A stretch of 64,000 nucleotides of DNA from an uncultured delta proteobacterium (GTDB taxonomy: Bacteria > Desulfobacterota > Binatia > JACPRU01): contig CAVUWD010000014.1 of NCBI GenBank assembly GCA_963745025.1, forward strand, positions 32,001 to 96,000, written 5' to 3'. Of this stretch, positions 1 through 9,363 are shown piece after piece. Both the position numbers and the translations under genes were made by a program. Position 1 is the first letter of the stretch. Each line of letters opens with the position of its first letter. Under the pieces are notes generated by a model, which did no database searches, was not told the DNA's origin, and was given only the letters and a program-made list of their open reading frames with translations.

Positions 1-158
1 CCATCATCGTCGGCAGCGACCGCTCCCGGGTGGACCGCAGCCGGGTGGGCGAAAGCGGCCGCTTCCGCGGACGGCACCGATACTCCGCGTCCGGCGATTC
101 CGAGCGAGAGCGCGAATCCGAACAATGCCAACAGAAAACGCAGTCCTTCTGGTTTCAT
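1..158 (-). CDS. Partial secreted/exported protein (N-terminus only; runs off window start)
   Basis: Reverse strand reads MKPEGLRFLLALFGFALSLGIAGRGVSVPSAEAAAFAHPAAV..., which is signal-peptide-like, preceded by GAAAGG RBS-like sequence. Not in the ORF track because it is truncated. Confidence 0.55.
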   Translation of the reverse strand, partial: MKPEGLRFLLALFGFALSLGIAGRGVSVPSAEAAAFAHPAAVHPGAVAADDD

Positions 159-344
159 GTCCAACCTTTCTCGCCGAGGAGCCGAGGCTCGAGGGCTATC
201 TCGGTAGCCTGCGTCGGCCGGAGCCGGGTCGGGACCAACGGAGCGACCTCAGACGCAAACTCCTAATTTCACTGTTAGCATACGGCGTCGGCCAGACGAA
301 GCGGGAATCGTTTCCCTCCGTGTGATGCCTCAGTCTTCGCCTCC

Positions 345-548
345 GGCGCTCGAGATCCGGAAGCGCTGGATTTTCCGGTCGGCCCGGATTCGGGTCGACC
401 GGAAAATCCAGCCACCGCGCGCAAGCGCGGAAGACAATAGACCAGTGTCGAGGGTTATTGTCTTCCGCGCTACGCGCGGTCGCGGTCGATTGTGGTCGAC
501 CCGAGTACGGGCCGACCACAACCGACCGCGTCCGTCTCCTCGAGCGTC
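345..548. repeat. Cluster of three long inverted-repeat hairpins with a possible closing stem
   Basis: Hairpins at 365-412, 424-471 and 481-530 (stems about 16-23 bp). Cores of hairpins 1 and 3 (GGTCGRCCCG-N4-CGGGYCGACC) are inverted copies of each other. GGCGCTCGAG (345-354) can pair with CTCGAGCGTC (539-548). Confidence 0.8.
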
Positions 549-632
549 GTGCGAAAACTGATCGGGTGCGGGTCACATTCCCTCCGGCGACCCTCCCCTC
601 CGTAGATCGAGGACCCGAGTGAGCATCCGAGC

Positions 633-1493
633 TCACACCTTACCGATCAAGCCCTTCTCCGCCTCGTCGATCAGGGTCAGCAGGCTCGCTTCGTCGCGCG
701 CTCGGGGCGCGTAGACGATCAGCCGGGCGACACCGAGCGCGGCGAAGCGCTCCGCGGTTTCGCGGTCGGGGAGCAGCCGGTCGCGCTCGGGAACCGGCGT
801 CACGCTGATCTCCACGTCCTCGAAACGGCGCCCCTTGCGCTCGCAGGCCGCGCGCACGCCCGCGATCGCGCCCTTCGTGCGCTCGAGGTCGAGGGCAAAG
901 CCGTACCAGCCTTTGGCGAGGCGTGCGGCACGCGAGTACGCCGCCGGCGTGTGTCCGCCGAAGACAATCGGTGGATGCGGCTTCTGCGCGGGCTGCGGTC
1001 TCGCCTGGATGTTCGAGAAAGAGACGAACCGGCCCTCGAAGCGGGGCTTCTCCATCGTCCAGAGCGCGAGCATCGCGCCGAGATATTCTTCGCTGCGCGC
1101 CCCCTTGTCCTGGAACGACACACCGAGCGCCGCGAACTCGGGCTCGAGATAGCCGATGCCGATACCGAAGATCAGCCGCCCGCCGGAGAGCACGTCGAGC
1201 GACGCCAGTTCCTTGGCGAGAACCAGCGGGTTTCGCTGCGGCAGGATGATGATCCCGGTCCCGAGCCGGATGGTCGTCGTGTGCGCGGCGAGAAACCCGA
1301 GCGCGACCGTTGGATCGAGCATCGCCGAAAGCGGTGGGAGCGGCGACGGCGGCGCCTGCGGGTCGGGAAGCACGATGTGCTCGCCGGCCCAGAGGCTCTC
1401 GAAGCCAGCCGCTTCGGCGGCGCGCGCCACCCGAGCCGCGACCTTGGGGTCGGCGCACGGCCCCATGTTGCAGGCGAAGAGTCCGAATTTCAT
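633..1493 (-). CDS. LLM-class (luciferase-like, probably F420-dependent) oxidoreductase
   Basis: AEAAGFESLWAGEH, IRLGTGIIILPQRNPLVLAKELASLDVLSGGRL and PQPAQKPHPPI motifs are typical of this family. Confidence 0.9.
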   Translation of the reverse strand: MKFGLFACNMGPCADPKVAARVARAAEAAGFESLWAGEHIVLPDPQAPPSPLPPLSAMLDPTVALGFLAAHTTTIRLGTGIIILPQRNPLVLAKELASLDVLSGGRLIFGIGIGYLEPEFAALGVSFQDKGARSEEYLGAMLALWTMEKPRFEGRFVSFSNIQARPQPAQKPHPPIVFGGHTPAAYSRAARLAKGWYGFALDLERTKGAIAGVRAACERKGRRFEDVEISVTPVPERDRLLPDRETAERFAALGVARLIVYAPRARDEASLLTLIDEAEKGLIGKV

Positions 1494-1569
1494 GACAGCT
1501 CCTTTCGGCTCCTGGCTACGGGCTACGGGAAAAAACTCCGCGGCTTCTCTCCTGCAGCCTGTAGCCTCT

Positions 1570-3984
1570 TCAATAAAGCACCTTCTCCGCGCGCAGCCGC
1601 GCGATCTCCTCGGCCGGCATGCCCAGCAGCTCCCGCATCACGCGATCCGTGTGCTCGCCGATCAGCGGGGCGGGTGAGCGAACCCCGTTCGTCGTTTCGG
1701 CGAAGCGCCACGGAACGCCCGCGTGCGCGCGCACTCCGACCTCCGCGTGCTCGAGGCGCGTGAAGAAGCCACGCTCGTTCAGATGCGCATCCTCCACTAG
1801 ATCGCGGCTCGACATCGACGGGAATGCCGCCACACCGGCTGCCTGCAGCGCTCGCGTGATCTCCCAGCGGTCGCGCGTCTGCGTCCACGCGGTGATCTCT
1901 GCTTCGAGAGCATCCTCGTTGGCCTTCCGATCCTCGGCGGCCGCGAAGCGCGGATCGCTCGCCAGCTCGGTCCGCCCGATCACGCCACAGAGCGCTTGCC
2001 ACTCGCGGTCCGTGGCGCAGGCGATCGTCACCCAGGCATCCTCACCTGAAGCGCGAAAACAATTGCACGGCGACAGCAGCGGATCGCGGTTGCCGATCCG
2101 CTCCGGCAGACGTCCGCTCATCAGAAACTCCAACCACCCTTCGGCGACCAGCGCCGCCGTCGCTTCCCAGAGCGCGAGATCGATGTGCTGGCCCTTGCCC
2201 GTGCGTCGGTGCACGACGAGCGCCGCGAGCACTCCTGCTGCCGCGGTGATGCCGCCGGTGGGATCGCCATAAGAGATCCCCACCTCTGCGGGCGGCCCGC
2301 CGGGATAGCCGGTGAGCGATGCGAGCCCGGAAAGCGGCACGATCGCCGGGCCGTAACCCATGTAACTTCGCTGCGGCCCGGTATGCCCGTAACCGGAGAT
2401 CGACGCCATGATGATGTCGGGCTTCACCTGGCGCAGATCCTCGTAACTCAGCCCGAGTCGCTCCATCACGCCGGTCGCGAAGTTCTCGACCACGACGTCG
2501 CTCTTGGCGATCAGGCGGCGGGCGATCTCGATTGCACCCGGCGCGGCGAGGTTCAAGAGCACGCTCTGCTTGCCCTGATTCCACTGATTGAAATAGCCCG
2601 AGCGGTTGAGGCCCGGCTCCATGCCGGCCGGCGTGATCGGCAGCCGGCGCGCAGCGTCGGGCCGCGCCTGCGACTCGAGGCGGATGACCTCGGCGCCGAG
2701 GTGGGCGAGCTGCATCGCGCAGAATGGGCCCGCCCAGACCCAGCTGAAGTCGACGACGCGCACGCCCGCGAGCGGAAGTGGCTGCTCCGCGCGCGGGCCG
2801 GGAGCCGATGACTGCGCCGCGCTCGCACCGTTCGGCCTCGACGCGAGCATCTCACGGTTGTGCTCGCCGAGACGCGGCGCGGGGCGACGGATCCGCCACC
2901 ACGGGTCGTGGAGACGGTAGGGCGGGCCGGGCAGGCGAAGCGTTCCCGCGCGCGGATGCTCCGCCTCGACGAAGAATCCGCGCGCGCGAAGCTGGGCCTC
3001 GTCGGCGAGGGCGGCCATCGTGAAGACCGGAGCGAAGCAGACGCGCCGCTCCTGACCCGCGCGGAAGAGGTCCGCCACTCTCCATTGACGCGTCCACTCC
3101 GTGAGGTAGGGCTTCATCACGTCGGCGTTGTCGGCGCGTCCCACCAGCCCGCGGAAGATCTCCCAGCTCGCCCATTCCGGATTGCCCATCAGCTCGACCA
3201 GCCGTCTCCACTGGTCGTCCTCGACGATCACCAGGAAGATCAGCCCGTCCGCGCACTCGAAGATTCCCCACGGAAAGAGCAGTCGCTGCCCGAGACGAGA
3301 CGCGACCTTTTCGCAGTAGGTGAAATAGACCAGGTTCTGCTCGATGAACGAGGCGACGTGCGCCTGGACGGAGAGATCGACGTGCTCTCCGCGGCCGGAC
3401 GCGAGCGCGCGGAAGTAGGCTCCGAGAGAGGCGACGGCGGCGCTCAGGCCCGCGTGGAAGTCGGATTGGTGGCCGAAGGCCTTGAGCGGCGGCAGGTCCG
3501 GGCGGTCCGAGGCGCCGGGTGCGACCCAGGCCCATCCGCCGCCGTGCGCCATCGTGATCTCCTCGGCCCGATAGTCGCGATGCGGTCCGGTGAGCCCGAA
3601 CGGCGTGATCGAGCAGAGCACGAGGCGGGGATTGATCGCACGGAGCCGCTCGTAGTCGAGTCCCCGCGCCGCCATCTCTTTCGGCGCGTAGTTGTGGACG
3701 ACGATCTCCGCCCACTCGGCGATCCGCTCGAGCTGCGGCCGCTCGCGCGGATCGGTCAAATCGAGCGTCACGCCCCGCTTGTTGGTATTGAGATAGAGGA
3801 AGAGGCCGCTCTTCTCGGGGTCGGCGATGCCTCCCGGGAACGGTCCGCGCATCCGCGCAACGTCCCCGGTCGGCTCCTCGACTTTGACCACGTCCGCGCC
3901 GAGATCGGCCATGATCTTCGTCGCGTAGGCGGCCGACACCAAGTGGCCGAGCTCGGCGATGCGGATGCCTTCGAGCCCCTGCAT
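1570..3984 (-). CDS. Family III CoA-transferase (CaiB/BaiF), tandem double-domain
   Basis: Two CaiB repeats: LEGIRIAELG...ADLGADVVKVE...NTNKRGVTLDL and LAGVRVVDFSWVWAGP...LGAEVIRLE...NQGKQSVLLNL. Start taken at ATG 3984 (ATG 4008 possible). Confidence 0.9.
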   Translation of the reverse strand: MQGLEGIRIAELGHLVSAAYATKIMADLGADVVKVEEPTGDVARMRGPFPGGIADPEKSGLFLYLNTNKRGVTLDLTDPRERPQLERIAEWAEIVVHNYAPKEMAARGLDYERLRAINPRLVLCSITPFGLTGPHRDYRAEEITMAHGGGWAWVAPGASDRPDLPPLKAFGHQSDFHAGLSAAVASLGAYFRALASGRGEHVDLSVQAHVASFIEQNLVYFTYCEKVASRLGQRLLFPWGIFECADGLIFLVIVEDDQWRRLVELMGNPEWASWEIFRGLVGRADNADVMKPYLTEWTRQWRVADLFRAGQERRVCFAPVFTMAALADEAQLRARGFFVEAEHPRAGTLRLPGPPYRLHDPWWRIRRPAPRLGEHNREMLASRPNGASAAQSSAPGPRAEQPLPLAGVRVVDFSWVWAGPFCAMQLAHLGAEVIRLESQARPDAARRLPITPAGMEPGLNRSGYFNQWNQGKQSVLLNLAAPGAIEIARRLIAKSDVVVENFATGVMERLGLSYEDLRQVKPDIIMASISGYGHTGPQRSYMGYGPAIVPLSGLASLTGYPGGPPAEVGISYGDPTGGITAAAGVLAALVVHRRTGKGQHIDLALWEATAALVAEGWLEFLMSGRLPERIGNRDPLLSPCNCFRASGEDAWVTIACATDREWQALCGVIGRTELASDPRFAAAEDRKANEDALEAEITAWTQTRDRWEITRALQAAGVAAFPSMSSRDLVEDAHLNERGFFTRLEHAEVGVRAHAGVPWRFAETTNGVRSPAPLIGEHTDRVMRELLGMPAEEIARLRAEKVLY

Positions 3985-4116
3985 CGTGACGACGCGGTCG
4001 TGGGTCATCTTGGCGATCGACTCCGCGGAGGGTGGCGTCGCGGTATCATCGGAATTGTTCCCCGCCGCCGCATAGCGCTTGTCGCGGGAGAGCCGCAAGG
4101 AGTAGAGGGGAGTCGC

Positions 4117-5457
4117 GTGAAAATTCGCACCGACGAGCGCTGGCGCGCGCGCTGCGGAGGCAAGCTCTGCAGCGCGGCCGAGGCCGTTCAGGTGGTCGCC
4201 AGCGGACATTCCGTCTACGCGGGAGGGTGGACCTCCGTGCCGGTGATGCTCTGCCGCGCGCTGGCGGCGCGCCGTGGCGAGCTTCGCGACGTGACGATCG
4301 GGACTTACCTCGCGCCGTTTTCCTGGGATGACGCCGCGACGCTCGAGAGCTTCCGTATTCGCACCTTCTACGCGGGACCCTTCGAGCGCCCCGCCGTCCA
4401 GACAGGCCGCTTCGACTACGTGCCGATCGCGCAGTGGCGTACGGGCCAGATGCCACCAGGGTTCGGCGAGCGCTTCGACGTGGCGATGATCCCGATCTCA
4501 CCGCCCGACGCGGAGGGGTATTGCTCGTTCGGCACCGGCGTCTGGTTCGGGCCGACGGCGATGGCCAACGCCGAATTGGTGATCGGCGAGGTGCATCCGG
4601 AGTTCATCCGCACCGGCGGGCAGAACCGCGTGCACGTCTCGCGCTTTGAGCGGCTCGCCGAGATCGATGCCAAGCCGCCGCCCTCGCCCATCCCCCCGCG
4701 CTCCGAGGAGACCGAGATCGCGGCGCGGGCGATCTGCACGCTCGTCGCGGCCGAGATCGTCCGCGATCGCGCAACCCTGCAGATCGGGATCGGAGACGTG
4801 TCCGCGGCGCTCCTCGCCTTTCTCGACGACAAGCACGATCTCGGCATCCATACCGAGCTCTGTCCGGCAGGCGTTGCCGATCTCGTCCGGCGCGGCGTCG
4901 TCACCGGCAAGTACAAGTCGCTTCACCCGGGAAAGGTCGTCGCCTCGGCGCTCGGGCAGATGTCCGACGACGAGCTCGACTTCATCGATGGGAACCCGGC
5001 CTTCGAGCTCCACGACTTCACCTACACGGACGACCTGCGCAATCTGTTGCTGATAGAGAACTTCATCGCCATCAACAACGCGCTGGCCGTCGACCTGACC
5101 GGCAACGTGTGCTCCGAGACGCGCGGCCCGGAAGTGTTCAGCGGTCCGGGAGGCCAACCGGCATTCGCGGTCAGTGCGTCGATCACGAGCGGCGGCTCGG
5201 TGATCGTGCTGCCGTCATCGCAGCTGCGGCCCGAGGGACGTCAGCCGCGGATCGTCGCCGCGCTCGCGCCCGGCTCGACCACGACGCTGCATCGGGGCTT
5301 CGTCGATTGCGTCGTGACCGAGCAAGGCGTGGCCCGACTGCGCGGTAAGAGCCTCCGCGAGCGGATCGGCGAGATGATCGCCGTCGCACACCCGGATTTC
5401 CGCGGCGAGCTGCGGAGCGAGGCCAAGCGGCTATACGGCGTGACGGTCTGTGGCTAG
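4117..5457 (+). CDS. Acetyl-CoA hydrolase/transferase family (4-hydroxybutyrate CoA-transferase-like)
   Basis: ATLQIGIG, DLGIHTE, IAINNALAVDLTG, SGPGGQ and VVTEQGVARLRGKSLRER..IAVAHPDFR motifs. GTG start after GAGGGGAG. Confidence 0.85.
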   Translation: MKIRTDERWRARCGGKLCSAAEAVQVVASGHSVYAGGWTSVPVMLCRALAARRGELRDVTIGTYLAPFSWDDAATLESFRIRTFYAGPFERPAVQTGRFDYVPIAQWRTGQMPPGFGERFDVAMIPISPPDAEGYCSFGTGVWFGPTAMANAELVIGEVHPEFIRTGGQNRVHVSRFERLAEIDAKPPPSPIPPRSEETEIAARAICTLVAAEIVRDRATLQIGIGDVSAALLAFLDDKHDLGIHTELCPAGVADLVRRGVVTGKYKSLHPGKVVASALGQMSDDELDFIDGNPAFELHDFTYTDDLRNLLLIENFIAINNALAVDLTGNVCSETRGPEVFSGPGGQPAFAVSASITSGGSVIVLPSSQLRPEGRQPRIVAALAPGSTTTLHRGFVDCVVTEQGVARLRGKSLRERIGEMIAVAHPDFRGELRSEAKRLYGVTVCG

Positions 5458-5568
5458 CTCGGCAGGATGTTGCATCCCCTTTGATCGCGCCCGTTGGGAG
5501 CGATCCGTGACGCAGGCTCCTCGTCCGCGTAGGCACTCTGTGGCGGCGTGACGCGGGCCGCGGAAGGT

Positions 5569-8500
5569 CTATTCGGACGGCCGCCGCTCGGGGGCGTCGA
5601 TGCTGGCCATCAGGCGGAGGAGCTTGTCGCGGCGCAGCGGCTTCACCATGTGCTCGTTGAAGCCCGACTCGAGCGCGCGGCGGCGGTCGATCGGCTGACC
5701 GTAGCCGGTGAGCGCCACGAGATAGACGAAGTTGGTGCCTTCGGAGGCGCGGATCTCGCGTGCGACGTCGTAGCCATCGAGCCCCGGCAGGCCGATGTCG
5801 ATGAAGGCAATCTCCGGCGCGCGCGACAGCGCGAGCTCCACGGCCTCGTTGCCGTTGCTCGCGGCGTCGACGCGGTGACCCGACGCTTCGAGCAGCAGCC
5901 GCAGCGACTCCCGCGAATCGGCGTGATCCTCCGCGATGAGGACGTGGCGGGCCACGACCTTACCGAGCTCCGGCGTCGATTCGGCTGCGGCGCGGTCGTC
6001 GGAGGGATGCGCCGGCAGACGTACCCGAAACTCGCTCCCCTGCCCCACACCCGCGCTCTCCACCTCGACGGAGCCGCCGTGTAGCTCGGCGAGTCGGCGC
6101 ACCAGCGTGAGCCCGATGCCAAGCCCCCCGCGCGGACGATCCAGCGACTGCTTTCCCTGAACGAAAAGATCGAAGATGCGCGGCAGCAAGTCCGGCTCGA
6201 TCCCTTGTCCGTTGTCGCGTACGCGAAGCTGCGCCCCGGCGCTGCCGTGACGCTCGACGGCGACCTCGACCTCCCCCCCGTCCGGCGTGTACTTGAGCGC
6301 GTTCTCGATGAGGTTGGTGATGATCTGCTCGAGGCGGACGGGATCGGCGTCGACGAAGACCGACTCGCCGCCGCAATGGACGAAGTGCCGCGACGCTTTG
6401 CCGGCGGCTCGCAGCGACTCGAGGGTCTGGTTGGTGAGCTCCAGTAGATCCACGAGGCGCGTCCGCAGGCGGATCTTCCCCGAGATCAGCCGCGTGACGT
6501 CGAGCAGGTCGTCGACGAGCTGGGCGAGCGTCTCGGTCTGGCGGCCGATGATCGAGCAGAGCATCTCACCTGCCCCGTCGCCGCTCCGTGCTTGCGAGAT
6601 CTCAAGCGCCTCGACGCTGTTGCGGATCGCGCCGATCGGGTTGCGCAGCTCGTGCCCGAGCATGGCGAGGAACTCATCCTTGGCTCGACTGGCGGTCTCG
6701 GCCGCTTCGCGTGCGCGTCGCTCCGCCTCGTAGAGCTCGGCGTTGTCGATCGCCACCGCCGCGTGGGCCGCGATGCCGGCAACGACGCGCTCCTCGCGCT
6801 TGGTGAAGGCACCCGGGTCCGGATGGGCGAGCCAGAGGCCGCCGAGGATCCGGCCCGTCCGGGAGACGACGGGGACTGCAAGAACGCTGGCAACCGAAGG
6901 CCCGGCGAAGGGAATCTCGACGCCGGACGGCGGCGGTCCGCTTCTCAGGTCGTCGATTCGCAGTGGCCCATCGCTGGAGAAGAGGCGGATCGGAAAGCCC
7001 GTCGAGCGCAGCGCCGGCAGCCCGAACGTAGCCCGAGACGTTCCCGCCGACGTATAGCTTCGGTACCCTTGTCCCTGGCCGTCGCGCGAGTGGTAGAAGA
7101 ACGTGCCGAATTGGGCGTTGGCGAGCTTCGTCGCCGCGTCGGTGATCTCCTGAATGAGCTTGTCGACGTCGAGCGTGCCCGAGGACATGGACGAGAGGCG
7201 GGTCACCGTCTCGAGCGCGGCACCCTCCTCGCGCAACCGTTCGTCGCCTCGCTTGCGTTCGATGAACTGACCGATCTGATTGCCGAGCGAGGCGACGAGC
7301 GCGAGCAGGCGCTCGTCGGGGAGGAGCGCATCTCCACTGTAGAGCTCGACGACGCCGATAAATTCCTCGCGCGCACGGATCGGTGCCCCGATTGCGGCAT
7401 GGAGGGCTTCCCGCTCCGCGGCGGGGGCGCGCAACAGCCCTTCCTCGCGCGCGACGTCGGCAATCCACAGCGGCTGACCGCTCGCCCACACGCGTCCGGG
7501 AAATTCCTCGCCGCGAGCGAACGTGAGGTCGCGGGCCGCAGCTGCGAACGCGGACGTGCCGTTCGCCGACGCTTGCCAGACCTCGGCGCAGCGAAGCACG
7601 CCGAGCTCGCGGTCGAGCGTCCATACCGCCGCCGTCTCCCAGCCGAGCGTCGAGCCGAAGGCGGCGAGAAGGCGCGGCAGCGCCGCGTGCAGGGTTTGAG
7701 ACTCCGCGAGGATCTTCGCCGTCTCGTACTGTGCGGCAAGCCGCTGCTCGTGCTCCTTCCGGTCCGTGACATCGATCATGACGCCGCGTTGCCAGTGTCG
7801 ATCGCCATTTGCCGGGCCCGCGTAGAGGCGACTCTCGAGCCACCGGACGCGGCCATCCGCGGTGACGGTTCGGAACTCGAAGTCGCAATCCCGCCGCTCC
7901 TCGTCGGCGGCGCGGAGCGCGGCCGCGATGCGCTCACGATCGCGTGGGTGCGGGAGCCGCGACCAAACGTCGCCGCTGGCGAGCAAACGCTCGGGTGAAT
8001 CGCCCAGCATCTCCCGGACAGCAGAGCTCACGAACTTGAGCCGGCCGCTCTCGAGATCGGCTTCCCAGACAATCGCGTCGAGATCGCGCAGCAGTTCCAG
8101 ATAGTGGGCCCGTGAACGTTCCGCCTGCTCACGAGCGGCATTCGCGCGCATGAGCCGCGCGTGCGCTCGAGACGCTACCTGCAGGGCTTGCTCCGCCCGA
8201 CGCATGCCGTCCGAGCCCAGCCAGATGATGTCCACGAAGCTCGCCATCGCCAGCGTGACGAGCAGCGAGATCGCTCCCGCGTGATCGAGCCACCCGGACC
8301 GCACCCCGACGATCGCGAACAGGCCGACGAGCAGCGGTCCGCCGATTGCCAGGGGCAAAAGCCGCCGGGCCACCCGACCGGCCGGGCTATCGCTGCCGAG
8401 CAGCCCCACCGCGGCGGACTCGATGCGCGTCGAGAGCAGCGCCGCGGCGGCGAGCACGAAGAAGAGTGTCGAACCAAGGCCCACGCCCGTGCGCGGTTCA

Positions 8501-9075
8501 AACGCCCCGGCCGCTCCGCAGAGCCTCGCCAGGCCAAGTTGCAGGAGCACGAACAACGAAGCGAGCACGAGAAAGTCGGAGAGGCGGTGGTGCTGCGGCG
8601 TCTTCACGTCGATGGCGAACGCCGCAGCCCCGAGTAAGACGAACTCTACGGCGCTCGGCAAGCTCATGCGCACGTCGGCGGCGGAGCCGCCCCCGCCCGC
8701 GAACAGCCGATCGATGCGAAGATCGACGCCGAAGAGGTGCTCGGCGGCGGTCGCGGCGCCGAGAAGAGCGACGACGAGCCCGAGCGCCTTGCCCGCGACT
8801 TGCCGTCGCGAGTTCTCCTCTGCCACGAGAAAGGCCGCGGCCGACAAAGCGAGGAACGGGACGGCGGCGCTCGGTCCGAGAGGGGACGAACCGGGAAGAA
8901 TGCGCGCCACGAGACTCGCCCCGAGAAGATGGTCCGCGAGGGCGAGGGCTGTGAAGGCGAAGAGCAAACCCGTGGTGATACGAACGAACCGGTCGGCCGT
9001 CTTCGAACGCAGCGAAGATGACTCCACGACCGACCCCTCCACGTTGCTACCAACCCACACGAAAGGCTCGCCCAC
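5569..9075 (-). CDS. Membrane hybrid sensor histidine kinase (TM-PAS-GAF-GAF-HisKA-HATPase-REC)
   Basis: H-box KDEFLAMLGHELRNP, N-box NLIENALKYT, G-boxes DNGQGI and GGLGIGL, receiver IAEDH...DIGLPGLDGY...KP, and a hydrophobic N-terminal region. Confidence 0.92.
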   Translation of the reverse strand: MGEPFVWVGSNVEGSVVESSSLRSKTADRFVRITTGLLFAFTALALADHLLGASLVARILPGSSPLGPSAAVPFLALSAAAFLVAEENSRRQVAGKALGLVVALLGAATAAEHLFGVDLRIDRLFAGGGGSAADVRMSLPSAVEFVLLGAAAFAIDVKTPQHHRLSDFLVLASLFVLLQLGLARLCGAAGAFEPRTGVGLGSTLFFVLAAAALLSTRIESAAVGLLGSDSPAGRVARRLLPLAIGGPLLVGLFAIVGVRSGWLDHAGAISLLVTLAMASFVDIIWLGSDGMRRAEQALQVASRAHARLMRANAAREQAERSRAHYLELLRDLDAIVWEADLESGRLKFVSSAVREMLGDSPERLLASGDVWSRLPHPRDRERIAAALRAADEERRDCDFEFRTVTADGRVRWLESRLYAGPANGDRHWQRGVMIDVTDRKEHEQRLAAQYETAKILAESQTLHAALPRLLAAFGSTLGWETAAVWTLDRELGVLRCAEVWQASANGTSAFAAAARDLTFARGEEFPGRVWASGQPLWIADVAREEGLLRAPAAEREALHAAIGAPIRAREEFIGVVELYSGDALLPDERLLALVASLGNQIGQFIERKRGDERLREEGAALETVTRLSSMSSGTLDVDKLIQEITDAATKLANAQFGTFFYHSRDGQGQGYRSYTSAGTSRATFGLPALRSTGFPIRLFSSDGPLRIDDLRSGPPPSGVEIPFAGPSVASVLAVPVVSRTGRILGGLWLAHPDPGAFTKREERVVAGIAAHAAVAIDNAELYEAERRAREAAETASRAKDEFLAMLGHELRNPIGAIRNSVEALEISQARSGDGAGEMLCSIIGRQTETLAQLVDDLLDVTRLISGKIRLRTRLVDLLELTNQTLESLRAAGKASRHFVHCGGESVFVDADPVRLEQIITNLIENALKYTPDGGEVEVAVERHGSAGAQLRVRDNGQGIEPDLLPRIFDLFVQGKQSLDRPRGGLGIGLTLVRRLAELHGGSVEVESAGVGQGSEFRVRLPAHPSDDRAAAESTPELGKVVARHVLIAEDHADSRESLRLLLEASGHRVDAASNGNEAVELALSRAPEIAFIDIGLPGLDGYDVAREIRASEGTNFVYLVALTGYGQPIDRRRALESGFNEHMVKPLRRDKLLRLMASIDAPERRPSE

Positions 9076-9363
9076 CGGCGGCGCCTTTCATTATCACGTT
9101 CTTCGCGGCGACCGATAGGGCTCAGCGGCGGCGGTAGTGGGTCGTTTCGGGATCTGCTCAAATGAGGAAGAGGACGTTGCCGCACAATCGGAATCGTTTT
9201 CCTCATTTGGCGCGAGCGATGAAAACAAATCCGGCGATGCGGCGACGTCCCCTTCCTCTGCGGCTTCGGGCGCCAAAATGGCCCACCACCTCGGCGGCGG
9301 GCGCCTATACACTCCGTAACCTCGAGTGGTAAGACCGCGGGCGGGGACAAGGCGACGAACGGC

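Noticed and set aside
160-330. Possible riboswitch upstream of the partial secreted-protein gene
   Set aside because: I could not match consensus elements of any riboswitch class by eye.
345-548. Hairpin cluster as a CRISPR array or integron attC array
   Set aside because: No identical direct repeats with spacers, no cas or intI gene, and no RYYYAAC/GTTRRRY boxes.
2860-4116. N-terminal 419 aa of the 865-aa ORF 2860-5457
   Set aside because: It is the antisense shadow of the CoA-transferase. Recognisable sequence begins only at GTG 4117.
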